Part shown: one piece after another, positions 8,785 through 18,818 of the stretch
How the letters are laid out: the number at the start of each line of letters is the position of its first letter
Position numbering within the stretch: position 1 is the first letter of the stretch
Source: Candidatus Fervidifonticultor sextus
GTDB taxonomy: Bacteria; Sysuimicrobiota; Sysuimicrobiia; Sysuimicrobiales; Humicultoraceae
Assembly: GCA_031459875.1 (NCBI GenBank)
Contig: JAVKHQ010000010.1
Span: 12,352 to 76,351 of the forward strand
Direction: 5' to 3'
Length of the DNA: 64,000 bases
Notes under the pieces: model-generated
The model's input: the letters and a program-made list of their open reading frames with translations, nothing else
Told to the model about the DNA's origin: nothing
Databases searched by the model: none
Position numbers and translations under genes: made by a program

Positions 8785-10088
8785 GGCGGTGGCCCGCCGG
8801 CCGTTTTGATGACGGCGTCGGCCGGCATGCCCGGTTTCAACACGCGGTCGCGGTTGTCCAGCGTGATCCTCACCCCGAAGACCTGCTTGACGCGCTCCTC
8901 GCGGGTCTGCACGTTGCGCGGCGTGAATTCGGCCTGCTGGCTGATCTCGGTGACGGTGCCCGCAAAGGGCCGGTGGGGAAACGCGTCCACGAAGACATCG
9001 GCTGGCTGTCCGACCCGGATGTGAGCCAGGTCCGGTTCCGGCACGAAGACCCGCACCCACACGCGGTCCAGGCGGGCGATTGAGAGCAGGCGCTGGCCGG
9101 CGGCGACGACGTCGCCGACCTCCGCGCTCCTGGTCACCACCATCCCGGCGGCGGGCGCGCGGAGGATCGTGTGGTCGTACTGTGCCCGCGCCAGATCCAG
9201 GGCCGCCCGCGCCTGCGCCACCTGGGCGCGGGCGGCGGCGACCTCCTGCTCCCGCTGCCTGACCAGATCGTAGGCCGCGCGGGCGGCCTGCAGGCCGGCC
9301 TGCGCCTGCCGCATCTGCGCGGCTGCGATGGAGGTATCCTGCCGCCGGATGCCGACCTGCAGGCGGTTGGCTTCCGCAGCGGCGAGGACGGCCCGCGCCT
9401 GGGTCACCTGCCGCTCCGCGGCGGCTTCCTGCGCGGCCGCGGCGTCGCGCTGCGCGCGCAGCACCCTGACCTGCGCCTGGGCGGCGTCCACCTGCTGCGC
9501 CGCGACGGCGCCCGCGCGGTAGAGCTGCTCGAGGCGCTGGAGATCCTGCTGGGCCCGCACCAGGGTGGCCTCGATCGCCGCCACGTTGGCGCTGGCGGCG
9601 CGCGCCGCCTGCTCTGCGGCCGCCACCTGCGCCCGCGCCTGATCCACCTGCCGGGCGACCTGCCGGGCCTGCCAGTCCTGCGCAATCTCGGCCTGCGGCA
9701 CCCGGGCGCGTGCCGCGTCCATCTGCGCTTCCGCCTGGGCGACGGCGGCGGCGGCCTGGGTGCGCTGCGCGCGCAGCGCCACCTCGGCCTGGGCGACCCG
9801 CGCGCGGGCGGTCTCGACGGCCGCCTCCGCCTGTGCCAGCATCGCGTCCATCTCGGCCGCATCGAGCCGCGCAACGACCTGCCCTGCCCGCACTTCGGAT
9901 CCTTCGGCCACCAGGAGCTGCGTCACCCGCCCGGGGACCCTGCTGGCCACGCTGACCTCGGTGGCCTCTATCGTGCCAAAGGCCCGCAGCGTGCCGGGTG
10001 AGGGCGGCGGCCAGAGGGACGTCCGCGCCCACAGGGCCGTCGCGGCGAGACCTGCGATCACGATGAGCACGCCCAGGCGCCGCCTCAT
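8772..10088 (-). CDS. HlyD/YbhG-family membrane fusion protein
   Basis: N-terminal TM helix, GTIEATEV, long Ala/Gln coiled coil, AEFTPRNVQT, LKPGMPAD. Confidence 0.92.
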   Translation of the reverse strand: MRRRLGVLIVIAGLAATALWARTSLWPPPSPGTLRAFGTIEATEVSVASRVPGRVTQLLVAEGSEVRAGQVVARLDAAEMDAMLAQAEAAVETARARVAQAEVALRAQRTQAAAAVAQAEAQMDAARARVPQAEIAQDWQARQVARQVDQARAQVAAAEQAARAASANVAAIEATLVRAQQDLQRLEQLYRAGAVAAQQVDAAQAQVRVLRAQRDAAAAQEAAAERQVTQARAVLAAAEANRLQVGIRRQDTSIAAAQMRQAQAGLQAARAAYDLVRQREQEVAAARAQVAQARAALDLARAQYDHTILRAPAAGMVVTRSAEVGDVVAAGQRLLSIARLDRVWVRVFVPEPDLAHIRVGQPADVFVDAFPHRPFAGTVTEISQQAEFTPRNVQTREERVKQVFGVRITLDNRDRVLKPGMPADAVIKTAGGPPPWRR

Positions 10089-10795
10089 GGATCTCCCTCC
10101 AGGGGCCCGCCGAGGGCGCGTGCCAGGTGCGCCCCGGCCGGGCTGAGAGAACCGTGGGTCCCCCTCAGCACGCCGGTGAGGAAGAGCCGTACGTTCTCAC
10201 GGACGACGGTGGCGTAGGCGGCGTCCGTCATCTTCGCGCCTCCGAGCACCTCCAGGACCATCACGGAGGCGATCATCAGCATCGGCAGCGCCCGCGCGGC
10301 CACGGCCGGATCCAGGTCCGCCCGGTAGAGGCCGGTCCGCATGCCCTCCCGCAGGTGGGCTTCCAGGACGCGGGCGGCTGCCAGGGGCAGGAGCCGCATG
10401 TATTGCTGACGCGCCGAAGCGCTCAGGTGCGGGGTCGCGGAGAGCATGACCTTCACGAACCGGATGTGGGTTCTGATCCGCCGGATCGCTTCGCCGCCGA
10501 ACGCCTGCAGGACGCGCTCCACCTCGTCGGCCGTTCGGACCCGAGCCAGCCGGGCCGCCAGGTCTTCGAGCACCCCTTCCATGATGGCCTGTCGGGGGAT
10601 GTGCGCCAGCAGGTCGTCCTTGCTGCGGAAATAGTTGTAGATCGTACCCTCGGCGACCCGGGCGGCGCGGGCAATGTCCTGGATGGTGGCGGTGGGGTAG
10701 CCTTTCGCCGCGAAGACGCGCAGCGCCGCCTTCAGGATCTGACGCCGTCGCGCTTCCGTCAGGGCCTGCTTGGCCTGGAGGGTGAGGTGAGGCAC
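10085..10795 (-). CDS. TetR/AcrR-family regulator
   Basis: HTH FAAKGY...IARAARVAEGTIYNYFRSKDDL; RBS GGAGG before the GTG at 10795. Confidence 0.92.
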   Translation of the reverse strand: MPHLTLQAKQALTEARRRQILKAALRVFAAKGYPTATIQDIARAARVAEGTIYNYFRSKDDLLAHIPRQAIMEGVLEDLAARLARVRTADEVERVLQAFGGEAIRRIRTHIRFVKVMLSATPHLSASARQQYMRLLPLAAARVLEAHLREGMRTGLYRADLDPAVAARALPMLMIASVMVLEVLGGAKMTDAAYATVVRENVRLFLTGVLRGTHGSLSPAGAHLARALGGPLEGDP

Positions 10796-10816
10796 CGCGG
10801 CCTCCAAATTGATGAG

Positions 10817-10830
10817 TGAGTGCACATTCA
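10817..10830. promoter_or_regulatory. Putative TetR operator
   Basis: Near-palindrome TGAGTG-CA-CATTCA in an AT-rich patch upstream of tetR. Confidence 0.6.
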
Positions 10831-10882
10831 ATAAGTTAACACGCTGAAAGGCGGGGCGTGTCAGGAAACATGCGGGCGGGGC

Positions 10883-13384
10883 TCAGCCTTCCGGGTGGCC
10901 GCCCGCCGGCGGGTCGGGGTCCGAGGCCGGAGCGGGTTCCCGTTCCGCCGCCTCCTCGCGGGCCTGCCCGTCCCGCTCGGGGCGCGGCGGGCCGAACCGC
11001 CGCAGGTGCTCGGCAAGTTCGGCCAGCCGACGGCTGACCAGGTGGTTGACCGTCCCCTCGGGGTAGTTCCCATCGGCGTCGGCGACGCCCGCGGGCATGC
11101 CGGTCAGGACCTCGAGTCCTTCGTCGATGGTCCGCACGGCCCAGATGTGGAACCTTCCCTCCCGGACCGCCTGCGCGACCTCGTCGTTCAGCATGAGGTT
11201 GCGCAGGTTCTGGTGGGGGATCAGCACCCCCTGCCGGCCCGTCAGCCCCATCGTCTTGCACGCATAGTAGAACCCTTCGATCTTCTCGTTGACGCCGCCG
11301 ATGGGCTGGATCTCGCCCTTCTGGTTGACCGAGCCGGTCACGGCGATCCCCTGGTCGATGGGGACGCCCGACAGTTCCGAGAGCAGCGCGTACAGTTCGG
11401 TGGAGGCGGCCGAGTCGCCCTCGACCTCCTCGTAGGTCTGTTCGAAGGTGAGGGACGCGTTCAACGACAGCGGCCGCTGCTGGGCGAACTTGCCGCCCAG
11501 GTAGGCCGCCAGGGTGAGCACGCCCTTGGTGTGGATGCGCCCGGACAGCTGGGTTTCCCGCTCGATGTTCACGACGCCGCGGCTGCCGACGAAGGTCCGG
11601 GCCGTGACGCGGGAAGGCTTGCCGAAGGCGTAGTCGCCCAGCATCAGGACCGACAGCCCGTTCACCTGGCCGACAGCGGTCCCGTCGGTGCTCACCAGCA
11701 ACTGGCCGTCGCGGAGCAGCGTCCGGATGCGCTCCTCGACCCGATTGCTGCGGCGGATCTTCTCATCGATGGCGCGGCGCACATGCTCGGAGGAGACCCG
11801 ATCTGCGCCCTCGCTCCGAGCCCACGCCGAGGCTTCGTAGATGACATCCGCCATCTCGTTGAAGCGCATGGAGAGCCGGTGCTGGTCTTCGGCCAGACGG
11901 GCGCTGTGCTCCAGGACGCGCGCCACGGCGGCGCGGTCGAAGGGCAGCAGGCCTTCGCGCCGGCAGATGGCGCCGATCGCCCGGGCGTAGTCCAGCATGG
12001 CGTCGGCGGTGCGCTCCACGTCGATGTCGAAGTCGGCCTTGATCTTGAACAACTTGGGGAAGTCCTCATCGAACAGGTAGAGCAGGTGATAGATCAGCCA
12101 GGGGCCGATCAGGACCACCTTGACGTTGAGCGGGATCGGCTCGGGCCGCAGCGTCGCCGTGGCGAAGAGGCCGTACTGCTCCGCGATGTTCTCGATGCGG
12201 ACCTCGCGGCTCTTGAGGGCGCGCTTGAGCCCCTCCCACGCGAACGGCGAGACCAGCAGGTCGCGGGCCTGGAGGACCAGGTAGCCCCCGTTGGCGCGAT
12301 GCAGCGCGCCGGGCTTGATCATCGTGAAGTCGGTGACCATGGTGCCGAACTCGCCACGGAACTCCGTCTTGCCGAACAGGTTGTAGTACGTCGGGTTCAG
12401 TTCCAGCACGACGGGCGCGCCCCTCGCCTGGCTGTTGTCGATGAACAGGTTGACCTGGTACCGGGTGAACTCGGGCCGCCGGGGCAGGAACGGGAGGGGC
12501 GGCGGCTGGGCTTCCTCTTTGAAGTCGTCGTGGCGCTCCACCACGTCGGCCAGGAGGCGGTCGAGCCACTCCACGAGGCGCGGGTGATCGGCGTAGCGCT
12601 GCTTGAGCGCATTCACGGCGTGGCCGGCCACCGACCGCACCGCCGAGCGCTCCAGTTCGGTCAGCGCCTCTTTGGCTTCGCGCTCGATGTTGCGGACCTT
12701 CCGGGTGGCCTCGCCGACGCTTTCCTGCAGCGCCCGCGCCCGGCGCTCGAGTTCCTCCCGGTGGGCCGGGGAGAGCTGCGCGAGCTGCTCGTCCCCGATC
12801 GGCTCCCCCGACGGCGAGATCGGGACGGTCGCGATCCCCACGGGCGTGCGCTGGAGGGCGAACCCGAGCCGCCGGGCTTCCTGTTCCAGTTCGCGCCAGA
12901 TCCCGCTGGCCTGCTGCTCGAACTGCTGCATTACCGCGCTGCGCTTGGACTCGAACGTCTCGCTGGCGAACAGCTTGCGGATGGCGTCCTTCAGCTCGTC
13001 GACGAGCCGCTCCATGTCCCGCCGGAACTGAGCCCCCATCCCCGGCGGCAGCGAGATCGCCATGGGCTGGTCCGGCTGCCGGAAGTTGTGAACGTAGATC
13101 CAGTCGGGCGGCGCCGGCTGCCTGGACGCGATCTCGTCCACCTTGCTGCGGGTGTAGGTGGTCCGGCCGGTGCCCGGCGGCCCGGCCACGAAGATGTTGT
13201 AGCCGGTCTGCGGGACGATCAGGCCGAAGTCGAGGGCGCGGACGGCCCGGTCCTGGCCTACGATACTGTCCCCGGGCGGCAGGTCGGCGGTCGTCTCGAA
13301 GGGCAGGTCCTCCGGCCGGCACGTCCACCGCACCTGCTCGGGAAGGACCCGACGGGCCTGGCGAAGTTCATCACCGGCGCTCAT
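10883..13384 (-). CDS. Lon-like protease (LonC/YcbZ type)
   Basis: GQDRA, degenerate Walker A GPPGTGRT, KPGALHRANGG, Ser-Lys dyad EGDSA and GGVNEKIEG, coiled-coil insertion. Confidence 0.92.
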   Translation of the reverse strand: MSAGDELRQARRVLPEQVRWTCRPEDLPFETTADLPPGDSIVGQDRAVRALDFGLIVPQTGYNIFVAGPPGTGRTTYTRSKVDEIASRQPAPPDWIYVHNFRQPDQPMAISLPPGMGAQFRRDMERLVDELKDAIRKLFASETFESKRSAVMQQFEQQASGIWRELEQEARRLGFALQRTPVGIATVPISPSGEPIGDEQLAQLSPAHREELERRARALQESVGEATRKVRNIEREAKEALTELERSAVRSVAGHAVNALKQRYADHPRLVEWLDRLLADVVERHDDFKEEAQPPPLPFLPRRPEFTRYQVNLFIDNSQARGAPVVLELNPTYYNLFGKTEFRGEFGTMVTDFTMIKPGALHRANGGYLVLQARDLLVSPFAWEGLKRALKSREVRIENIAEQYGLFATATLRPEPIPLNVKVVLIGPWLIYHLLYLFDEDFPKLFKIKADFDIDVERTADAMLDYARAIGAICRREGLLPFDRAAVARVLEHSARLAEDQHRLSMRFNEMADVIYEASAWARSEGADRVSSEHVRRAIDEKIRRSNRVEERIRTLLRDGQLLVSTDGTAVGQVNGLSVLMLGDYAFGKPSRVTARTFVGSRGVVNIERETQLSGRIHTKGVLTLAAYLGGKFAQQRPLSLNASLTFEQTYEEVEGDSAASTELYALLSELSGVPIDQGIAVTGSVNQKGEIQPIGGVNEKIEGFYYACKTMGLTGRQGVLIPHQNLRNLMLNDEVAQAVREGRFHIWAVRTIDEGLEVLTGMPAGVADADGNYPEGTVNHLVSRRLAELAEHLRRFGPPRPERDGQAREEAAEREPAPASDPDPPAGGHPEG

Positions 13385-13550
13385 TGTGGTGTTTCATTCG
13401 GGGGGTAGGGGAACCTCTCCTATCGAAGTTTGGAAGGCGAAGCCCCGGCGGGCCGGCCGCCGGGTACCGGCAGGGCGGAGGCGATCGGCATGGGGACCCA
13501 CCGGCTGTATGCCCGCATCGCGGGGATGAAACCGTAGGGGCGCTGCCGGC

Positions 13551-14420
13551 GTGGTCGACGTCGCCTTCCTCGGGCATTTCGCCAGGGACCGGCTGGTCTG
13601 GCGCGGCGTCGCCGAGACCGCGTCGGGGGGCGGCGTCTACTACGGCTCCCTGGCGCTGCGCCGGCTGGGGTTTTCCGTGGCGGTCATCACGAAGCTGCAC
13701 CCGGACGACTTCGGCCATCTGGACGAACTGCGCCGCGAGGGGATCACCGTGTACGCCTCGCCGGCCGGCCAGACCACCGGCATCGAGAACATCTACCCCA
13801 CGGAAGACATGGACCGCCGGATCTGCCGCCTGCTGGGGTGTGCCGGACCGTTTACACCCGGAGAGGTCCCGGTCGTCGAGGCCCGCGTCATCATCGTGAC
13901 GCCGCTGGTGGCCGGGGAAGTCGGCGCCGAGATCGTCCGCCTGCTGGTCGCGCGCGGCCCGCTCGGCCTGGACGTCCAGGGGTTCGTGCGGGTGCCGATA
14001 GACGACTCGCTGGTGACCAGGGACTGGCCGGGGAAAACCAGGGATCTCGCCGGGGTGAGGTACGTGAAGGCCGACGACGCCGAAGCCGAGGTGCTGACCG
14101 GGAAGACGGACATGCGGGAGGCGGCGCGCGCCCTGGCCGCGCTCGGTCCCCGGGAAGTGGTGCTCACCCACAGGCGCGGCGTGCTGGTCTACGCCGACGG
14201 GACGTTCCACGAAGCCCCATTTGCGCCCCGGACCATCAGGGGCCGCACCGGCCGCGGGGACACCTGCTTTTCGACCTACGTGGCGTCGCGGTTGGACCTG
14301 GCGCCAGGCGAGGCGTGCCGGTTGGCCGCGGCAGTGACCTCCCTCAAGATGGAGCACCCGGGTCCCTACCGCGGCACCCGCGAAGACGCCGAACGGTTCC
14401 TGGCGAGCCCCCCGGGTTGA
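13551..14420 (+). CDS. PfkB/ribokinase-family kinase
   Basis: GGGVYYG, DVQGFVR, RTGRGDT anion-hole motif. Confidence 0.85.
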   Translation: MVDVAFLGHFARDRLVWRGVAETASGGGVYYGSLALRRLGFSVAVITKLHPDDFGHLDELRREGITVYASPAGQTTGIENIYPTEDMDRRICRLLGCAGPFTPGEVPVVEARVIIVTPLVAGEVGAEIVRLLVARGPLGLDVQGFVRVPIDDSLVTRDWPGKTRDLAGVRYVKADDAEAEVLTGKTDMREAARALAALGPREVVLTHRRGVLVYADGTFHEAPFAPRTIRGRTGRGDTCFSTYVASRLDLAPGEACRLAAAVTSLKMEHPGPYRGTREDAERFLASPPG

Positions 14421-14431
14421 CCCCGACTCCC

Positions 14432-15640
14432 ATGAAGATCGGGGTGTTCGTCGACAGCTACAAGCCGATCGTCACCGGGGTCGTCCACAGCGTGGACCTC
14501 CTGCGCAGTGGCCTGGAAGCCCTGGGCCATGAGGTCCATATTTTCGCCCCCGCCGCGCGGGGGTACCGGGATGTCGAGGATCGGGTGTACCGGTTCCCCG
14601 CGATCAACCTGTCCCGCAGGATTCCCTCTCCCCTGGCCCTGCCGGTCTCGCCCCGGGTGCTGGCGCTCATCCCCCGGCTGGGGCTGGATGTCATTCACAC
14701 GCAGCATCCGTTCCCTATCGGTCGGCTCGGGGTGACCCTGGCGCGCCGCCTGGGGGTGCCGGCCGTCTACACCTTCCACACCCAGTACGAGCACTACGTG
14801 CACTACGTCCCGCTGCCCCGAGGGTTCGTCCGCGCTGCAGCCCGGTGGGCGGTCGTCGGCCAGGCGGAGCGATGTCAGCTGGTCATCTGCCCGGCTCCGT
14901 CGGTCCGCGACCTGCTCCTCTCCTACGGCATCCGACGTCCCATCGAGATCCTGCCGAACCCCATCGACCTCGGGCGGTTCGCAGGCGCAGACGGCGGGGC
15001 AGCCCGCCGGCGCCTCGGGATCGCATCCGAAGAACGGGTCCTCCTCTACTGCGGACGCCTGGCCAGGGAGAAGAACCTCGCCTTCATGCTTCAGGCCCTG
15101 GCAGACGTGCTCGTCCGTCCGCCCGGCGCGCGGCTCCTCATCGTCGGCCACGGGACGGAGCGGGCAGCGCTGGCCCGCCTGGCGGCGTCCCTCGCCCTGG
15201 GCGACCGGGTGGTGTTCGCCGGCGAGGTGGCGTATGCCGACGTCGCCCAATACTACGCGGCCGCGGACCTGTTCGTGATGACGTCCGTGACCGAAGTGAA
15301 ACCGCTGGCGGTGCTGGAAGCGATGGCCTCCGGACTGCCGGTGGTCGCCGTCGCCGCCCACGGGCTCAACGACACCGTGACCCACGGCGCGGATGGGCTG
15401 CTGACCGACCACGATCCCGCAGCGTTTGCCGATGCCGTCCGGCGCCTGCTGGCCGACGATGCCGGGCGCCGGATGATGGGCCGGCGCGCCCGGCAGACCG
15501 CCGAACAATACGACGTGCGCACCATCGCCCGGCGGCTGGCAGACCTCTACGCCGCGGCGCGGGACCTCCACCGGCAGGGGATCGGCGACGGCCGCCGGCA
15601 GGGCAGGAGTCGCGCGGCACCGTCCGAAGAAGTGCAGTGA
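14432..15640 (+). CDS. GT4 glycosyltransferase (diacylglycerol glucosyltransferase-like)
   Basis: MKIGVFVDSYKP..GV, HTQHPF, TFHTQYE, GRLAREKN, EAMASGLPVV. Confidence 0.88.
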   Translation: MKIGVFVDSYKPIVTGVVHSVDLLRSGLEALGHEVHIFAPAARGYRDVEDRVYRFPAINLSRRIPSPLALPVSPRVLALIPRLGLDVIHTQHPFPIGRLGVTLARRLGVPAVYTFHTQYEHYVHYVPLPRGFVRAAARWAVVGQAERCQLVICPAPSVRDLLLSYGIRRPIEILPNPIDLGRFAGADGGAARRRLGIASEERVLLYCGRLAREKNLAFMLQALADVLVRPPGARLLIVGHGTERAALARLAASLALGDRVVFAGEVAYADVAQYYAAADLFVMTSVTEVKPLAVLEAMASGLPVVAVAAHGLNDTVTHGADGLLTDHDPAAFADAVRRLLADDAGRRMMGRRARQTAEQYDVRTIARRLADLYAAARDLHRQGIGDGRRQGRSRAAPSEEVQ

Positions 15641-15675
15641 CCCACACCGGCCTCGTGCCGACAAGGAGGTGGCGC

Positions 15676-16662
15676 ATGACAGGTCGCCGCACTGCCCTGC
15701 TGGTGGTGGTGGTGCTGGCCGCCGGGATGCTCGCCCGGCCCGCCGCGCTGTCCGCCCAGGCCCCGCTGAAGATCGGGTACCCCGTCTGGGTCGGCTACGG
15801 GCCCCTGTTCCTCGCCGAGAAGAAGGGCTTCCTCAAGGAACTGGGGACTGGGGTGGAGTTCGTCCTGATGGAGGACACCAAGCCCCGGTACGTGGCCCTG
15901 GCCGCCAAGCGCATCGACGGGCTGATGACCACCATCGACACGGTCGTGCAGCGCGTGAAGCCCGACCTCCAGATGGCCGCCATCCTGGCCATGGACGACT
16001 CGAAGGGCGGGGACGGCATCGTCGCCCGCAAGGAGATCCAGTCCGTCCGGGACCTCAGGGGGAAGAAGGTGGCGTTCAGCGAGGGCTCCGTGAGCCACTT
16101 CTTCCTGGCCTTCCTGCTGCAGCAGCACGGGATGTCGCTGCGCGACATCACCCCGGTCAACATGACCGCCGGCGACGCGGGCGCCGCGTTCGTGGCCGGC
16201 AAGGTCGACGCGGCCGTCACCTGGGAACCCTGGCTGACCAGGGGCAAGCAGGCACCGCACGGCAAGGTGCTGGTGGACTCCTCGGCCACGCCCAACCTGA
16301 TCGTGGACGTCCTGGTCTTCCGCAAGGACGTCATCAAGGCCCGGCCCAAGGACATGGAGAACCTCGTGCGGGCCTGGGTCCGGGCCGTAGACTTCTGGAA
16401 GGCCAACCCCGACGAGGCCAACAAGATCATGGCCGAAGCCGTGGGCGGCTGGCTGAAGGACCCTAAGGTGTTCGCCGAGACCCTCACCGGCATCCGCTAC
16501 TATGACGCGGCGGCGTTGAAGGAGTTCTTCGGCACGAAGGCCGCGCCGGGTGCGGGCTACAAGACCGCGCAGTTCGCCATCGACCTGTGGACGCGGCTCG
16601 GCAAGGCCGGCATGAAGGGCATCAAGGCGGCGGACATCCTGGACGGGTCATTCGTGAAGTGA
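15676..16662 (+). CDS. NitT/TauT-family ABC substrate-binding protein
   Basis: RBS AAGGAGG, signal peptide, WVGYGPLFLA, SKGGDGI, DAAVTWEPW. Confidence 0.88.
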   Translation: MTGRRTALLVVVVLAAGMLARPAALSAQAPLKIGYPVWVGYGPLFLAEKKGFLKELGTGVEFVLMEDTKPRYVALAAKRIDGLMTTIDTVVQRVKPDLQMAAILAMDDSKGGDGIVARKEIQSVRDLRGKKVAFSEGSVSHFFLAFLLQQHGMSLRDITPVNMTAGDAGAAFVAGKVDAAVTWEPWLTRGKQAPHGKVLVDSSATPNLIVDVLVFRKDVIKARPKDMENLVRAWVRAVDFWKANPDEANKIMAEAVGGWLKDPKVFAETLTGIRYYDAAALKEFFGTKAAPGAGYKTAQFAIDLWTRLGKAGMKGIKAADILDGSFVK

Positions 16663-17480
16663 GGCCGGGCCGCAAGGGCCTGATCCAGCGTCTCAGCGAG
16701 ATCCTGCGGCCGCACGAGCCGATCTCCCGCGCTGCGTACCTGGCGGGGGTCGCCGCGTCGGCCGCAGGTCTGTTGGCGGTCTGGGCGGGGCTCACCTACG
16801 GAGGCTTCGTCGCCCCCCTGTTCCTCCCGTCGCCATCGGACATCATCGGGGCGGCGGCCGAACTGCTCGCCGACGGCAGCCTGCTGGTGCACACGCAAGC
16901 CAGCGTGACGGTCATCGTCACGGGCTGGGCCCTGGCTGTGGCGCTGGCGGTGCCGCTGGGCATCCTGATGGGGACCCTCAAGTTCGTCGAGGCCCTGCTG
17001 GAGCCGGTGGTGGACTTCGTACGCTACCTGCCGGTCTCCGCCATGATCCCGCTGCTGATCCTCTATATCGGGATCGGCACCGCCGAGAAGGTGGCGGTGA
17101 TTTTCATCGGCACGTTCTTCCAGTTGATCCTGCTGGTCGCGGATGTCTCGGCCAACGTCCCCAAGGACCTGCTGGATTCCGCCTACACGCTGGGCGCCAG
17201 GCGCGGCGACGTGTTCCGACGCGTCCTGCTGCCTGCGACCCTGCCCGGCGTGATGGACAACCTCCGCATCACCATGGGCTGGGCGTGGACCTACCTGATC
17301 GTCGCGGAACTCGTGGCCGCCGACCGCGGGCTGGGCTACATGATCCTGGACGCCGGCCGGGGTCTGTTCACCGACCGCATCTTCGTCGGGCTGTTCACCA
17401 TCGGGCTGCTGGGGTTTGCATTTGACTTCACGTTCAAATGGCTCCACCGGCTCCTGCTGCCGTGGTCGCCGAGGATCTGA
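16659..17480 (+). CDS. NitT/TauT-family ABC permease
   Basis: FLPSP, EAA-like loop SAYTLGA, LIVAELV; GTGA overlap. Confidence 0.9.
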   Translation: MRPGRKGLIQRLSEILRPHEPISRAAYLAGVAASAAGLLAVWAGLTYGGFVAPLFLPSPSDIIGAAAELLADGSLLVHTQASVTVIVTGWALAVALAVPLGILMGTLKFVEALLEPVVDFVRYLPVSAMIPLLILYIGIGTAEKVAVIFIGTFFQLILLVADVSANVPKDLLDSAYTLGARRGDVFRRVLLPATLPGVMDNLRITMGWAWTYLIVAELVAADRGLGYMILDAGRGLFTDRIFVGLFTIGLLGFAFDFTFKWLHRLLLPWSPRI

Positions 17481-18284
17481 GTGGTGACCCTCGTCATTCG
17501 CGACCTGAGCGTGGTCTTCACCCGGCGGCGGGGCGGGACGGTGACCGCCGTGGAGCACCTGACCCTGGAGGTGCGGGAGCAGGAGTTCGTCTCCATCGTC
17601 GGGCCGTCGGGCTGCGGGAAGTCCACGCTGTTGCGCATCGTCGCCGGCCTCATCCGACCCACCTCCGGCGAGGTCACCCTAAACGGCCACCCCGTCGAAG
17701 GACCCGGCGCCGACCGCGGCATGGTCTTCCAGTCCTACACCCTCTTCCCGTGGCTGACGGTGCAGGGCAACGTGGAGTTCGGGCTGCGGCTGCGCGGCCG
17801 GCCGGCCCAGGAGCGCCGGGAGGTCGTCCGCCGCTACCTGGACCTGGTCGGGCTGCAGGGCACCGAGCCTGCCTATCCCAAGGAACTATCAGGTGGCATG
17901 CAGCAGCGCGTGGCCATTGCCCGGGCGCTGGCCAACGATCCTGCGATCCTGCTCATGGACGAGCCGTTCGGCGCCCTCGATGCGCAGACCCGCGCGGTCA
18001 TGCAGGAACTGCTCCTGCGGGTCTGGGAGCAGACCCACAAGACGGTGCTGTTCGTCACCCACGACATCGACGAGGCGATCCTGCTCTCCGACCGCGTCTA
18101 CGTCATGACCGCGCGGCCCGGGCGGATCAAGGCCGAAGTGGCCGTGATCCTCCCGCGGCCCCGGGAGGTCGGTGTGATGGACACGCCAGCGTTCATTGCC
18201 CTGCGCCGGCAGATCCACGGGCTGATCCGGGATGAGATCCTGCGGGTGGTGGGCCAGGAGCGCCCGCGGTCGGGACGGGGTTGA
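17481..18284 (+). CDS. NitT/TauT-family ABC ATP-binding protein
   Basis: GPSGCGKS, LSGGMQQR, LLMDEPFGALD. Confidence 0.94.
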   Translation: MVTLVIRDLSVVFTRRRGGTVTAVEHLTLEVREQEFVSIVGPSGCGKSTLLRIVAGLIRPTSGEVTLNGHPVEGPGADRGMVFQSYTLFPWLTVQGNVEFGLRLRGRPAQERREVVRRYLDLVGLQGTEPAYPKELSGGMQQRVAIARALANDPAILLMDEPFGALDAQTRAVMQELLLRVWEQTHKTVLFVTHDIDEAILLSDRVYVMTARPGRIKAEVAVILPRPREVGVMDTPAFIALRRQIHGLIRDEILRVVGQERPRSGRG

Positions 18285-18330
18285 CACGTCCACATAGAGA
18301 CTTAATCTTAATAGAGAATGAGTCTTCATA
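18281..18330 (+). promoter_or_regulatory. Promoter and AT-rich putative Fur/PerR operator
   Basis: TTGACA at 18281 followed by TAATCT and an AT-rich tract overlapping the regulator start. Confidence 0.5.
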
Positions 18331-18818
18331 AGATAGATCTGGAATTCCTGCGGCGGGCCCTTCGAGCCACCCGGCACCGGATGACCGCGCAGCGGGTGGC
18401 CGTCTTCGAGGCCCTCCAGATGTCCCGCGACCACCCCTCGGCCGAGGCGCTCCTCCGGCGGGTCCGGCGGCGGTACCCCACCCTCAGCCGCGCCTCCGTC
18501 TACAACGCGTTGAACCTGTTCACATCCCTCGGCCTGGTGGCCGCGCTCGACGGACCCGACGGCTTGGCCCGCTACGACCCGGGCACGTTGCCGCACGCCA
18601 ACGTGGTCTGCGTGCGGTGCGGGGCGATTGACGACGTCACCGATCCAGGCATCCCGGCGCTGCTCCGGCGTGCGGCCGGGCGATCCGGATTCGTGCTGGA
18701 GCCGTATCTGACCGTGCGGGGCCTCTGCCCCGCATGCGCACGAACACCTCACGGGAAGGACAGGAGGAGGATCCATGGGACAGCAAGGACGCGCTATCGT
18801 CGAACTGAACGTCGATGA
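18318..18818 (+). CDS. Fur-family regulator, PerR-like
   Basis: TAQR, DHPSAE, SRASVYNAL, HxNxxCxxC and a second CxxC. Confidence 0.9.
   Translation: MSLHKIDLEFLRRALRATRHRMTAQRVAVFEALQMSRDHPSAEALLRRVRRRYPTLSRASVYNALNLFTSLGLVAALDGPDGLARYDPGTLPHANVVCVRCGAIDDVTDPGIPALLRRAAGRSGFVLEPYLTVRGLCPACARTPHGKDRRRIHGTARTRYRRTERR

Noticed and set aside
7852-10032. Long N-terminal extensions in the ORF track (also 13838, 14845, 22483, 45672, 52790, 58995)
   Set aside because: Low-complexity Arg/Gly/Pro-rich read-back through upstream genes in high-GC DNA; starts were trimmed
10895-13408. Long antisense ORFs (837 aa here; also 26328-29054, 31807-34275, 45909-48098, 60862-63465)
   Set aside because: Shadow frames opposite well-supported genes, expected with strong third-position GC bias
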